64,000 nucleotides of DNA from NCBI GenBank assembly GCA_000165425.1, contig CT868540.1:248001-312000 (forward strand), written 5' to 3'. A program made the translations under genes and the position numbers. Shown in pieces: positions 27,499 to 39,622 of this stretch. Position 1 is the first letter of the stretch; each line of letters opens with the position of its first letter. Under the pieces are notes generated by a model. That model was not told the origin of the DNA. It worked only from the letters and a program-made list of their open reading frames with translations, and ran no database searches. Source of the DNA: Paramecium tetraurelia (lineage: Eukaryota).

Positions 27499-28510
27499 AT
27501 GAAAGCATCTATTGTATGCATACTGATTCTGACTGTGGCTGCAGCTGATTTCGAATCATTCTAACAAGCCTTAGAGTTTGATCCTTAGACATTGTCAGGG
27601 GACAATTGCGGAAATGATGATCAATTCACATAATAATATGAGGCGTATCTCTTATTCATATGTTCAGGTTCTTGCCTTGGATTTAATTACTCGAAGAAGG
27701 TGAAATTGAAATGCAAGAAGATCACAGTGTACTTACTTAAGCCAGAGATAAAATTAAATTAGTCAGAGAATATATTTAAGATTTGGATGAAGGTAATGTA
27801 ATCAACTGAATTTAGAACTCGAAAAGGACTAAACCAATAATAATAATAATGCTGTTGTTGAATAACCAACACAATAACCTACTTAACAACCTACTGGGTA
27901 ATCTGAACCATAACCAGTCTAACCAGCTTAACCAGCATAAGAAGTTTAAGAGGATGATGAAGAAGAAGAAAATGATGATCCATTTGGTTGGGGAGCTGGT
28001 GAAATCCCATAACATTTATTGGTTGATAGCAAGAAAAAACATAATAAAAATCTTAAAGGACATGCTAAAGTCTTGTTGGAAGTTATGAATTAGAGCAAAT
28101 CCCTCAAATATAAGAGCGTATTCATTATCATCTATCGTAGAAAATCAAGAGAATTATTGCTATGGCTACTTCATTGGATACTGATATGGGAACATAAGAT
28201 TTATAAGAAAGAAAAAATCGTAAGTTAGAACTCTGCGATTTGATCTTGGATGAATTAATCAACATGATTGAATTCTTAGAAAAAGTTATGAATGACTATG
28301 TATTCAATATTCAACTATTTTTAGTAATATCAATAAGAAGCTTATGATATTTTCAAAAAGAAATAAGAAGAAATAGTAGAAGTTGCAAATGGATGTGGTG
28401 CAAGAGTGATCTCACTTCAGGATACTTATTCAACAAGCTTTGTTTAGACTCAACCATTAAAGAGAAACAAGAAGTAAAATAAAGAACAAAAGAGAAAAAG
28501 AAAGCATTGA
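27499..28510 (+). CDS. Putative secreted protein: signal peptide, P/Q/T-rich and acidic linker, helical domains
   Basis: MKASIVCILILTVAAA signal peptide, EQPTQQPTQQPTGQSEPQPVQPAQPAQ repeat, EDDEEEENDD, basic C-terminus. Tiny introns. TGA at 28508. Confidence 0.8.
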
Positions 28511-28532
28511 ATGATAAATAAATGATACATCT

Positions 28533-29794
28533 TCATTTGCCTTAAGTGATCCAATATTACTCATATTTCTGGTACTTGTCTGTGTTCCTTCTCAAAATAT
28601 CTTCCAACGGCCCTAACATTCTTTTAAAACTATGTCGATCTAAATATATTAATTTCACTTCGGTCTATTAAATGGTATTTAAGTTACTTCAGCAATTACA
28701 TTAGCTTATCTTGGTATGTCTTTAAGTAAAGCTAATTCTCCGAAATAATCGCCTTCCTTATATTAAAATACTTTGACTGAATCTTATCCTTGAACTAAAG
28801 TCTTGGTTGCAATCAAATTGCCCTCTTCAATCATATAAAAGATATCTCCTTATTCACCCTCCTTAATAACATATTCTCCCTTTTAAAAAGATGCACTCTT
28901 GATAGCATCAGCAACATGTGACCTTTCATATGGATCCATCATGGAGAGTAGCTCAATTTATTTCAAAACATTCACATATTTTTCTCTTTTTCTATGATTG
29001 AAATAGAAATTTGTATACCTCATGGCTGCATCCTTTACAATGTGATTGAAGGTCTGTCTATCCAAAGCAAATAAAACACTATTAGTTTTACTTTGAATAG
29101 ATGCTGCCCTGGGAGCATTGTAAAGCAAAGCCAACTCTCCGAATGACTCTCCAGGATAATACACTTTCAAGAATTTGTTCTCACCATCCTTAGTGAATCT
29201 CTTATAGCAATTTAATTCTCCTTGATCAACTACGTATAAATTATCTCCATTATCTCCTTGTTTGATCACCCAATCATCTACACTAGATAATGAGATAACC
29301 AATCTTCATACTTATAACTTCGTTCTTCCATTGCATCTATTACAATATCTTTTTCTCTGCTATCTAAAGATGCAAACATGAATGATTGTGACAATCTTTT
29401 GCTTATGATCTCTTTCTATTATTGGGATTTGACAATCACCCGAGGTTGAAAGGACTGAAATATTATTTATATTTATACACCTCTTTTCTGTTGTACTATC
29501 CATATGCTTCAGCAGAAATTGAAGCTCTTTATTTACGAGCTGCAGCAGGTCTTTTGGGTAATTCAATTATTTCTTCATCTGAAGAGGAAGACTTGCCACT
29601 CGGTTTCTGTTTTGATTTGACTATTTCCCTACCTTTTTTATCTAACCATGCAATTGACCAATCAATCTCAATATTATCAATGATCTTACCACATTCTTTG
29701 GCTATTGAGCTAAAATGTCTTCCATAAGTCTCTATAATAAGAAAACCACATTCTCTTAAGCGTATTGCTTTGCCTTATCTGACTATTAATTCAT
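28533..29794 (-). CDS. PKAR: cAMP-dependent protein kinase regulatory subunit
   Basis: Inhibitor site QRASISAEAYG and two cNMP-binding cassettes, FGELALLYNAPRAASI and FGELALLKDIPRQANV. Confidence 0.96.
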
Positions 29795-29872
29795 TTATTG
29801 GATAATTATTTAATCACAATTTTTCCTTTACTTTCTTTTTATGGAATTGAATAAGAAATTTTATTTATAATA

Positions 29873-31157
29873 ATGCAAAGCGAGGATTTTGATTGGTAGA
29901 TAGTAGTTTAGAACTACAACAAAGTTTGATCAATAAATAAAGAATATCAAAATGAGATTGCAATCAGCTCTTACTCAACTCATCATATAATCAGGATAAA
30001 TAAAATAAAGTTGCTAATCCAGATCCAATCATACAGAAATCAAATCCTCCTTTAATAATATCTCACAATAGCAGATCAATTGAGAAGAAGGACAAACCTG
30101 CCTTAAGGCAATGTGCATCTAAATCCCCTATTCGCACTCCTGATACTGCAGAATGTCCGTCTCCGATTTCCACCTTTTCAAATAATTCAACTCTCAGAAT
30201 GCAATTAAAATAAGCAGAACTCCTCAGTCCCAAATATTAAAACATATCTGATAGATTTCAAATTGGAAAGTTCTTGGGCAAAGGAAAATTCAGTGATGTC
30301 TTTTAAGCATAGTATATCCTTAAACTAAGATAGAGAGAAGACTTCAAAAGTATTAATTGCTCTGAAAGTGATCCAGAAAACTGCTATTAGTAAGTATAAA
30401 ATAGAAGATTAATTGGCTCATGAGATTAAAATACAAAGCTATTTGAGTCATCCTAACATCTTAAAACATTATGGAGTGTTCTAAGAATAAACTAAAGTAA
30501 TTGTGCTTAAATTACACTTAGATTGTATTAATACTTGAATATGCACCAGATGGAGAACTATATAAATTATTAAAAAACAGCCAAATCGTAGATTTACTGA
30601 AAATAAAGCTGGAAATTACATTGCTTAAATTGTTGAAGGCATTTCATACATGCATAAAATGAAAGTTATTCATAGAGATATAAAACCTGAAAAGATCTTA
30701 ATTAGTCTAGTATCGAATTCTTATCCAATTTTTAGTAATTCTTAAAAATTGCAGATTTTGGTTTAGCAACTTATTCTCCTGAATCAAAACCAAGGCAATC
30801 CTTCTGCGGAACTATAGATTATATGTGTCCAGAAATAGCCTCAGGATAGGATTATGATCATTCTGTTGATCTGTGGTCTATTGGAATATTGGCATATGAA
30901 TTAACCATCGGAACTACTCCATTTTATTAATCATCCAAAGAAGATACTATGAGAAAAATTATAGAAGGCAGAGTTGACTTTCCGAAATATGTTTCAAATG
31001 AATTATAGGATTTTACTAAAAGCTGTTTGAGAAAGATCCTTAATAAAGAATTAGATTAGAGTAAATGGCTATACACAAATGGATATAAATGAATCATTAA
31101 GCAGGTGGTTAATATGATAGAATGTTAGTTCAATCCTTAGTGACAATTTTGAAATGA
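29873..31157 (+). pseudogene. Aurora-family Ser/Thr kinase, apparently disabled
   Basis: FQIGKFLGKGKFSDV, QLAHEIKIQSYLSHPNIL, LILEYAPDGELY, DFG, SFCGTIDYMCPE identify an Aurora kinase. Lesions: in-frame TGA at 29953-29955, HRDIKPEK at the catalytic loop, and a 1-nt deletion near 31033. Confidence 0.8.
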
Positions 31158-32254
31158 TTAATAATTATTATCATATAATTCTTTTAAGTAACAATATTAA
31201 TTAAAGTTTTAACATTAAACAATTAAATTAATTTATACAAATACATTGAAATATCTCAATTTAGATTTTGTTGTTGCAATCTCACTCTAACTGATTTCTT
31301 TTTATTGATTAATCGATTTGAGATGCTACTTAAAATATAATATTTAGTTTTGATCTATATTTCTTTAGGTTTTAAATTATTAGAACATATTAACTAAATC
31401 AATAAGAGTAAATTTTTATATTAATAATTAATCATCAAGTTTTAGATTGGATTAATCAATTATTTAAGTAAGGCATGACTATTGATTCTAATAAATCATA
31501 TCAGTAATTGAAAGAAGGTTGATTTTTATAATGTCGGTATTTGTATTATTTCCTATCAGTAATTAGAATAATTTTTTATTAAAATTATTCAAATTAATAT
31601 TGGCTAAGTTTAAGACTGAATCTAAGTAGTACCATAATTAAACAGAATATAATTCATTGTAGATTCTCTGTTTATTTAGAACATCTTAGTGGATACATAT
31701 ATAATTAGGAATGATAATTCATTCTGATGAAGTATAGGCTTATTATTATAAACTTTAATTCCTAAGCAATGAGGGCAATAAAATCATTGAATTCAAAGTG
31801 GTCTTTGTATTCTAAGAGATCTAATTATGAATTATCAATTGATATATTATTCTTTAATGCATTATCTATTGATATATAATTCTTTAATTACTTATGAGAA
31901 TCACTTCATTCATAATATCATGAGGATGAGAACTAATTTATAAAATACATAATTAGTTTGGAGTGCAACAGATACTGTATTTATGTTTGTCTTATGATAA
32001 TTATTTGCTGAGCACTTAAAACATGGTTTTAGTGACATAAAGCAGTATCAATTTACATAGTCTTAAGTTATTTGAAGATCATTGAGATTCATTAAGCCCA
32101 TTGTCTCTCATTTTCTTTATTTCCTTGAATGAATCTTTATTATTATAATTTCAAAAATTAATTTATATTGATATTGCATTTCACTTATAGGAAATGCACT
32201 TTAATTATATGATTAGGTTATGATTATGAGTTAATCATATATATGTAATAATTT

Positions 32255-35111
32255 TCATATTTCTATTTCTTTAACTTTTGGTTTCTTGTAGAAGCGTAGT
32301 TGAGCATTCGATTCAGGAGGATAAAATGGAGCTTATTTACCATAATTCTTTGGCAATGGTGCTCCGATGTTATCATCTGGAATGTATTGTTGAACTCTTT
32401 GTTTAGCCATAGTCTTACACGAAAATGGTTCGAACATTTTCTCTTATTATTCCTTTTCTAATCTTTAGCGTCTAGCAATAAATAAACAATTAACCTATCT
32501 TCTAAGTATCTAATTTAAGACTTCTATTATCTTAAATACTCATCCTCATGTTCAGGCAAAGGAGGTAAGCTTTTTTCCAATCTCTGTTTTGCGTCTTCTA
32601 CAACATTTTCTAATTCATCCTTTTCTTATTGTAATTTAATGGCTGTTGCTTAATACATTGATAATTCAGCTATTGTAGCCATCATTTTCCTAGTTAAGTC
32701 TTTTAATTTGGCCTAAAATTCATTCACTTTCTCTGATAATTCAAGTGTTGACAATCTTCCATCCAAAGCTTATTTTCTTAGTTTTTCTGATAAATTAGTA
32801 ATTTCATCTAAAATTAATTCCTTTTCTAGTAGCTGTTCTTTTTTATTATTCAATCTTTCCTCTAAAACATGTATTTTGGCATCCAAGGCCTCTTAATCTG
32901 GATCTTCACCACCTAATTCCCTAAATCTTTATTAATTGTTTGGATTTTCGAGTTCTTCAGAAAGTTATGACTCTTTCTTTTTTTCTAATTCTAATTCATC
33001 TTTAAGTTAAATAACTTTGGATGATAATTAAGGTATTTATAGAATATCCTTTCTTGCTACATCTATTTTTCGCTTTTATTCTTAAATTTCAATCTTAATC
33101 ATCCTTATATCATCCTCCAATCTTTTTATTTCTAGTTCTCCAGATTTTAAGATGTTATCTTATATGTTGCATTTTTCATACATAATGCATAACTCATCAT
33201 TTCTATCAATCAATACTATACCTGTATGATTTCTTGACTCACATACTTACTCATACTACTTTCTTAAGTTTAACATATCCTTTTCTAATGAAGATATGAT
33301 CATATTTAATTTCTATATTTCATTTATGTTTTAATCAATTATTTCTTTTTTAGCCTTTCTTTAATATTCCAATTTATTTAACTTTGCATGACTTCTATCT
33401 TTCTTATGAACTTCAACCTGTAAACAATGTCTATATTCTAATAATGTTCTTTCTTTTTCTTGAGATTCATTTTTTAAAATTTCTAATTCATTTTACAATA
33501 TCTTAATTCTTTCTTTTAATTCTGCTAAATCTTGAGAACTATTCTGGATCATATTCACATATTTATTTCTTGCCTATTTGACTTCTTCATATAATGATTT
33601 ATAATTATGTTCTTTTGCTTCTGTTTCTTATGCTTTTTTTTAAAGATCCATTATTAATAGTTCTTTAATTTTTAGTTCTTCTCTTGTTTCTCTTACTTCA
33701 GCTAATGCACTTGAGGCTTTTCTAGCCATACTCTCTCTAGTTGCTGTCAAGGCTTTTACTCTCTTTAACCCTTCAGCCTCAAAGTTTTGTAATTCAATCA
33801 TTTATTTTTCAAATTTCTTAATTTCAGTATCGACTTTGGTTTATTCCTATATTTTTTCTTCTGCTTTGTCTTTTACTTTTCTTACTCTTCCTTCTAACAT
33901 AGTGTATTCTTCTGCAATATTCTCTCCAATTTCATTTTGTTTTTCAATTTCATACTTTAAATTGACTATTTCTTTTTTAATATTTTCTAATATCATCTTT
34001 TATTCATGTAGAGTATCATTAATTTACTGCATTTATGTTTATTATTTCTTTAATTCCTTTTTATCTAGATCGATTGCCTTTTTTAAGGAACTGACTGTAT
34101 CTCTATGTCTTCTAATTTCTAACTAACAATTTCTAATTTCAATATCATTAGCCACTTTTTAACTACTCAAATCACTAATTTCTTCTTTAAGTTTTGCTGA
34201 AAGATCATTTTAAATGGCTTGATCTCTCTAATTAGTTTCTGTAGCTTTTTTTTCTTCATCTATTTAGGCTTCATATTCTAATAATTTAGTTTGTAACTTT
34301 TTGAATTCCATATTTAAATCATCAATCTATTTATTTTTTTTACCTATATCATCCTTGTATCCTTATAGATCCTTCAACATTATTTTATTAGCACTTTTCA
34401 ACATTTCAGCATTCTTACTAAAACGATTTGGATCATCCTTTATTTTAATATATTCATCATTCAATTTACTAATTTTGTTGAGTTTCTCATCGTTTTCAAT
34501 CTTCAATTACTCGATCTTTTCTGTTTTCTCATCTATACTTTTTTATTCACTCTCAATTTTCTATTTATACTCTAATAATAAATCCCTCTCTCTTTCTATC
34601 TCAGCATCTTTTTAGAGCATCTCAGGCAATGCCTTACTCTTAGCCAATTTTTCTTATTCAGATATTCTAGTTAATATTATGGATTTCTCATGTTCTACTT
34701 CTTCGCATTAAAATTATTTGGCATCAATCAATTATTCCATCATTTCATATTCTGCCTCTGTCTTTTTTAAACTCGCATTTAAATTCTATGCCTTCTCCTG
34801 TGCATTAGCCTAAGAAATGTATTTTCAAACTTAATACTTGATCATTTACAGCAGTTTCGAGATTTTATTTCTCAGTTGCGAGTTGAGTTTTGAGTTTTTT
34901 TGATTTTTCCCACAAAAAGTGATGATTCTTAAAGGTTTAGACAACAGTGTCGTGGAGTTTATGAAACTTTTACTTATATGAATCACATTGCTCTTAATTG
35001 ATTTTTCCTTGTCTATGATATATGGTGGGAATTAAACTTAAAAAGATCAGTAAGCATACTAAGGGCAACATTACTCTACAAATCCCTTATTTCATCAGGT
35101 ACTTCTGCCAT
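32255..35111 (-). CDS. CCDC146: Coiled-coil domain-containing protein 146 (MBO2-like axonemal protein)
   Basis: Long coiled coil with LIDRNDELCIMYEKCNIQ and the characteristic C-terminus TMAKQRVQQYIPDD..PLPKNYGKQAPFYPPESNAQLRFYKKPKVKEIEI. Confidence 0.85.
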
Positions 35112-35145
35112 TATTAACTTAAAATAAATAATAAATTTATATATA

Positions 35146-35701
35146 ATGAAAGCATCAAAATACTAAGTTGAGAATAGAGACTATAACATCATCACCTGTG
35201 TGGATTTCAATAGACAACCATAGTCATTACCTCCTTTGAGGAAATTGGGTTAATAGTAGGATCACCCTTTTCCAAGGAAAGCAAAATTCGAGATGGCTCA
35301 AGAATAAGTATAAATGCAACAGACAGTATCCTCCAAAGCTAACAATTCTCAATAAGACATCAAATAAGTACAACCAGGGTCAATGATGAACGTATCGTCG
35401 GTCAAATTTGATTTTATTGCCTTCACTCAAGGAAAACAATAGCCATTTCATGATCTAAAGTAAGAATTGAAGATCTTGCACAAGAAAAAAGTATTGATAT
35501 GCATTGATAGCCAAGGGTGGAATGGGGGAAATCGCCGATTTAGGTGGTCTGTGCTACCCAAATTTCAATAGGGAATATTAAGATAAATTCAAGGAAAATT
35601 AAACGATATTTAGAAAACAAAAGGGAGATTATCCTGCCGTCACAGATCCTAAATTCTCGTATGGTCCTTTTATGAAACCTTTTAAAAAGTTCAAGTTTTG
35701 A
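35146..35701 (+). CDS. Hypothetical protein (~175 aa)
   Basis: MKASKYQVENRDYNIITC...SYGPFMKPFKKFKF-TGA with one tiny intron near 35491. Confidence 0.7.
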
Positions 35702-35736
35702 TATTTCCTTATATTATTTTTAATATTAATAATTAA

Positions 35737-38204
35737 ATGGAAACCTAAATTTTGAGATAATTTTTAAGTTCAAATGAGACTTACTCAAAAACAGAAGAAA
35801 TCAAACTCAAAATCTTGTATTCTGATATGTGACATTTTCATCTTAAATTATAGTTAATTTATAAAATAGGTTTAACTTTCTATAGTAACAATTATCAAAG
35901 ATCCATTTGAAAGTCCGAACACAAAGCTGATGGCTCTCAAAGTATAACTCCCTCAAAAATTAGCTTAATAAAGAGCTTGTAGAAACTTTCAATAGCAGTT
36001 ACATTTACACACTCCAAAAAACATTATTGCCTCTACTCGAAGAAATAGCTAAATATAAATACACTTCAGATGATCCAGATCGAGGAGTCACCTATTTTTT
36101 AAATGGGGAAAATCCTAACTCAGGTACCCATTCTAAACTAATTAATGTTAGATAATAGAGATTTACAAAATACTGGAGAATAATTTGTTCGAGTGGTACT
36201 GGAATGTATAAGAGTTTGGAGTAGATGGTTTCCTCTAGACTATCAATCGTACTACTTAAGTTCTTTTAAGATAACCTATGAAAAGTTAGTAAAGTTGGGG
36301 GTTAAATTTCCTAAGATCATTTATTTTGATAGCATAGAATAAAATATACCTCATCAATTAATACCTTTATCCATGATTATTTAACTAAGAGAACTACTCA
36401 AAAACTAACTTAATCTTTCAACTAAATAAATTAGAAACTATCTAGCCATGAATCCTGCTCACTTTTTTTATTAACACAAATATCATACTTTTGGAGATTT
36501 TTTTCATTAAATTAAAAACAAAAATCCCATCTAAAGGAAAAAGGTCCTTAGAAAGGCTACTTTCCTATTGGAAAAAGAATTTGAAAATCTAGAGACTTTG
36601 AAAAAGGATTCCTCATATAATCCTATCTCTTAAGAGACTCTGCAGATTGAAAATCTTTGTTTGCAGAATTTATATAATGCTTTTTCAATTAAAGTGCCAG
36701 ATCTATAAGCTCAAGTGATTTAATTATAGAATAAAGTGGCTAGTTTAGAAAAATAACTCTTAGATAGAGAATAAAAAATAAATTAACTTTAAAATGAATT
36801 ATAAAAATTGTAAAAACAGTTTTCCACCAACATTAATTAATTTCTAACTTCCAACAATTTAACAAACAGCGAATTATTTGAAACAGATGTAAATTAATTC
36901 TTATAATTAGGTAACAAAATTAAAATTACATTATGGAATTTATGATCAAAGTTATGAAATAGAGAAGTTAAAGACACACCTATATAAGTCTGAATTTAAA
37001 ATAGAAGAATTAACTGAAGAATTAGATCAAACTATCAGAAAGAAGAATTAGCTATTTGATGAAAACAAAGCTCTAAGCTAAACAGTATTAGTTTTAGAAA
37101 GAAGACTTTTATAGAATAATAAGCAACCTTTAAAATCCTTATCAACTCAACAATGTCTAAGTGAATATCGGCAAAATACCATGACTAATATAAGCTAACC
37201 AAGTACAATTGTGTAAAAAAAATAAAAAAGCTCAGAATTTTAAAACTCCTTATTTTTATCTTTAAGACAACAAATTCTAGGATAATAATTGTATATTAAG
37301 ACATTATAAAGCCAATTAATTAAGTTTGATAAATTTTTATTGCAATCTGGTCACACTAATTCTATACTCTCTTATCATACTGCATCTACCTAATACAAAG
37401 GTATATTCTAAATCTAAAATTTAAGTCCCTATGTTCTCTCCATTATCTGTTTCTTAACCTAAATCAAGAGGATCAAAGGAAATAGCTTCTCCCTTTGTAG
37501 ATTATGATGGCAAGATATTTGCCATAATTCCTGATGCCTTTACTGTCAAATTTAGGTAATCATGTTTGCTTAAAAAAACAATTTTGCACTCTGATGAAAA
37601 TCTTTAAATTGGATTGCAAACCAGTTTATAATCCAATAATTAGCTATTAATTAATTTAGTCTTTCACAACAGAACCTAAGAGTTGTTACACAATTTATGT
37701 GTTTCCTATTAGAAATCTTAGAATCTATCCTATTAGATTTATCCTCTTAATATTCAATAATCCATGAAAGGAAATGATTAAGTATCCTAAAAAATATTTA
37801 TTTCGTTTGAATAACTTCCTTATTAATTGTTAGAATTTTCAATAAAGTATACGAAATAACAATAAGAGCATAACCTCAAGGCTTGTCTTCCATGTACAAT
37901 CAATAAGTTTTTCACATTTTTAGATGTTCCATAAGAGACTCCAAAATCTTATTTTTATAATAGTAAAATCTTTCAAACAAGCTTTTAAAATCAAATTGGG
38001 TAATTGCTTCCTGAATTTTAAATTAATTAAGTTAACGAATAATTTGTTGAAGCTTTAGCAAGGATTCAAATCGAAAAATCTGTATTTTTAATTTCAATCT
38101 CCTCTAAGAATAATCAGATGTAAATTAAGTTGAATGGAAATTATTAAGATAAGTTAGTGGAATGCATAGTGTCAACCTATTAAGGGTTATTTATGAAACG
38201 ATGA
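35737..38204 (+). CDS. Putative membrane-trafficking adaptor: N-terminal VHS/ENTH-like helical domain, coiled coil, C-terminal adaptin-ear-like domain
   Basis: N-terminal LLEEIAKY..DRGVTYF..FVRVVLECIRVWSRWFP..Y..LVKLGVKFP, central coiled coil, then ILHSDENLQIGLQTSY...LVFHNRT resembling an alpha-adaptin appendage. TGA at 38202. Confidence 0.65.
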
Positions 38205-38249
38205 AATAAATTGAATATAATTATTAAAATTAGAGAATATAATTATTAA

Positions 38250-38545
38250 ATGCAAGAGCTCTAGATAGGACTAGTCTTATTTGTTTCATGTTTATCTTTT
38301 TTCCTTCTAGGTTATTAATGGGCAATATCAAATTAGAAATCATATTATGATAGTGTATTATTTTCAATATCGTTTTTAGCTTGGATCTGAAGATGATGAA
38401 TGTAAAGTATAAGTTATTTTCTTTAGAAAAACTTGAATAATAATTGAATGAATATAAGATAAAAGAAGAATAATACGTCAAATAAATATAAGATCTAAAA
38501 AAATAATTGGGGACGGCAACTAATAGTAAGAATACAGACATTTGA
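38250..38545 (+). CDS. Small single-pass membrane protein with coiled coil (~80 aa)
   Basis: MQELQIGLVLFVSCLSFFLLGYQWA hydrophobic segment. Two 25-nt GT-AG introns restore a frame ending KLEQQLNEYKIKEEQYVKQIQDLKKQLGTATNSKNTDI-TGA. Confidence 0.55.
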
Positions 38546-38719
38546 TTTCTTAATAAATTAATTGTGAGACATGTGTAGAATAAATTTATAATAATAATAT
38601 CATCATTTTGTATTCTAAAATAAATACGATTCTTTCTAACATATATATAAGATCCTTTTTCCTTTGCTAGGATATATTTGGTAATGAAATAAATTACATT
38701 AATAATTATAAATATATAT

Positions 38720-39370
38720 ATGGCACAAGAAACTAATTATGGTGACGTAAATATGATTTATAATCTTAGATTATACTTTTATGTGGAGATTTGCACGTAG
38801 GGACAAGAATGTAGAAGATTCACGAAAAAATTGTTGCTGCTTTAGGAGTAAATAAATTATAACATGTACTTTGCACAGGGAATGTGGGAAACAAAGAGAC
38901 TTTTGATTGGTTGAAGTAAATTTCCCCCAATTTTCATTGTGTTAGAGGTTAATATGATGATGTATTTATCTTTCTCAATATAAGGAAAACAATGAAATCC
39001 ATAATGATCAAAAGGTAATTCAAATAGGAATATGGAAAATTTTATTAATTCATGGACATTAATTTGTGCCTTGGAATGATGAAGAAACAATTAGTATCTT
39101 CTTAAAAGAAAATTCATGTGATATTGCAGTTTTTGGAAACTCTCATTAATCTTTAATAAGCAAATTTGAAAGAAAATATTTTATAAATCCTGGAACAATG
39201 AGTGGGGCTTATGGATCAATTAAATAGTTAAATTCTTATTTATCATTAGAGATGCAGTTATTTTACCTGAATTTGTTATTCTAGAGTGTTTAGGTGATGA
39301 AATGGGAGTTTACAAATATAAGTTAGTCAATGGAGAATTAATAATTGAAAAATGTACAATTACAAAATGA
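38720..39370 (+). CDS. VPS29: Vacuolar protein sorting 29 (retromer subunit, metallophosphoesterase fold)
   Basis: IILLCGDLHV, QHVLCTGNV, HCVRGQYD, IHGHQFVPWND, YFINPGTMSGAY. Three tiny introns. Confidence 0.93.
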
Positions 39371-39622
39371 ACGAATATTTATATTTTTAATTATCTATTT
39401 GAAGTTATTTTCCATTTGAAATAATTCATACTTATATATATACTATTGAAAATATGGATCTGTTTTTTGATTTCTGTATCAGGTTTTAAAATTATTTATC
39501 ATTTTAACACTATGAAGAAATCTCTAAATAGTAAGAGAATGAGAAATATATAAACTACAAAGCTGATATTGGTTCTCCTCAAAAGAATTGCAATACATTA
39601 GTTTTATATTATTAATATATTT

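Noticed and set aside
29953..29955. In-frame TGA in the Aurora gene as selenocysteine or readthrough
   Set aside because: It lies in a non-catalytic linker, I see no SECIS-like hairpin, and two other independent lesions point to pseudogenisation.
33836..34615. Hydrophobic F/S/I/L-rich plus-strand ORFs from the track (also 9385, 15641, 44962, 50384, 60495)
   Set aside because: They are antisense shadows of real minus-strand genes such as CCDC146, kinesin and SPEF1.
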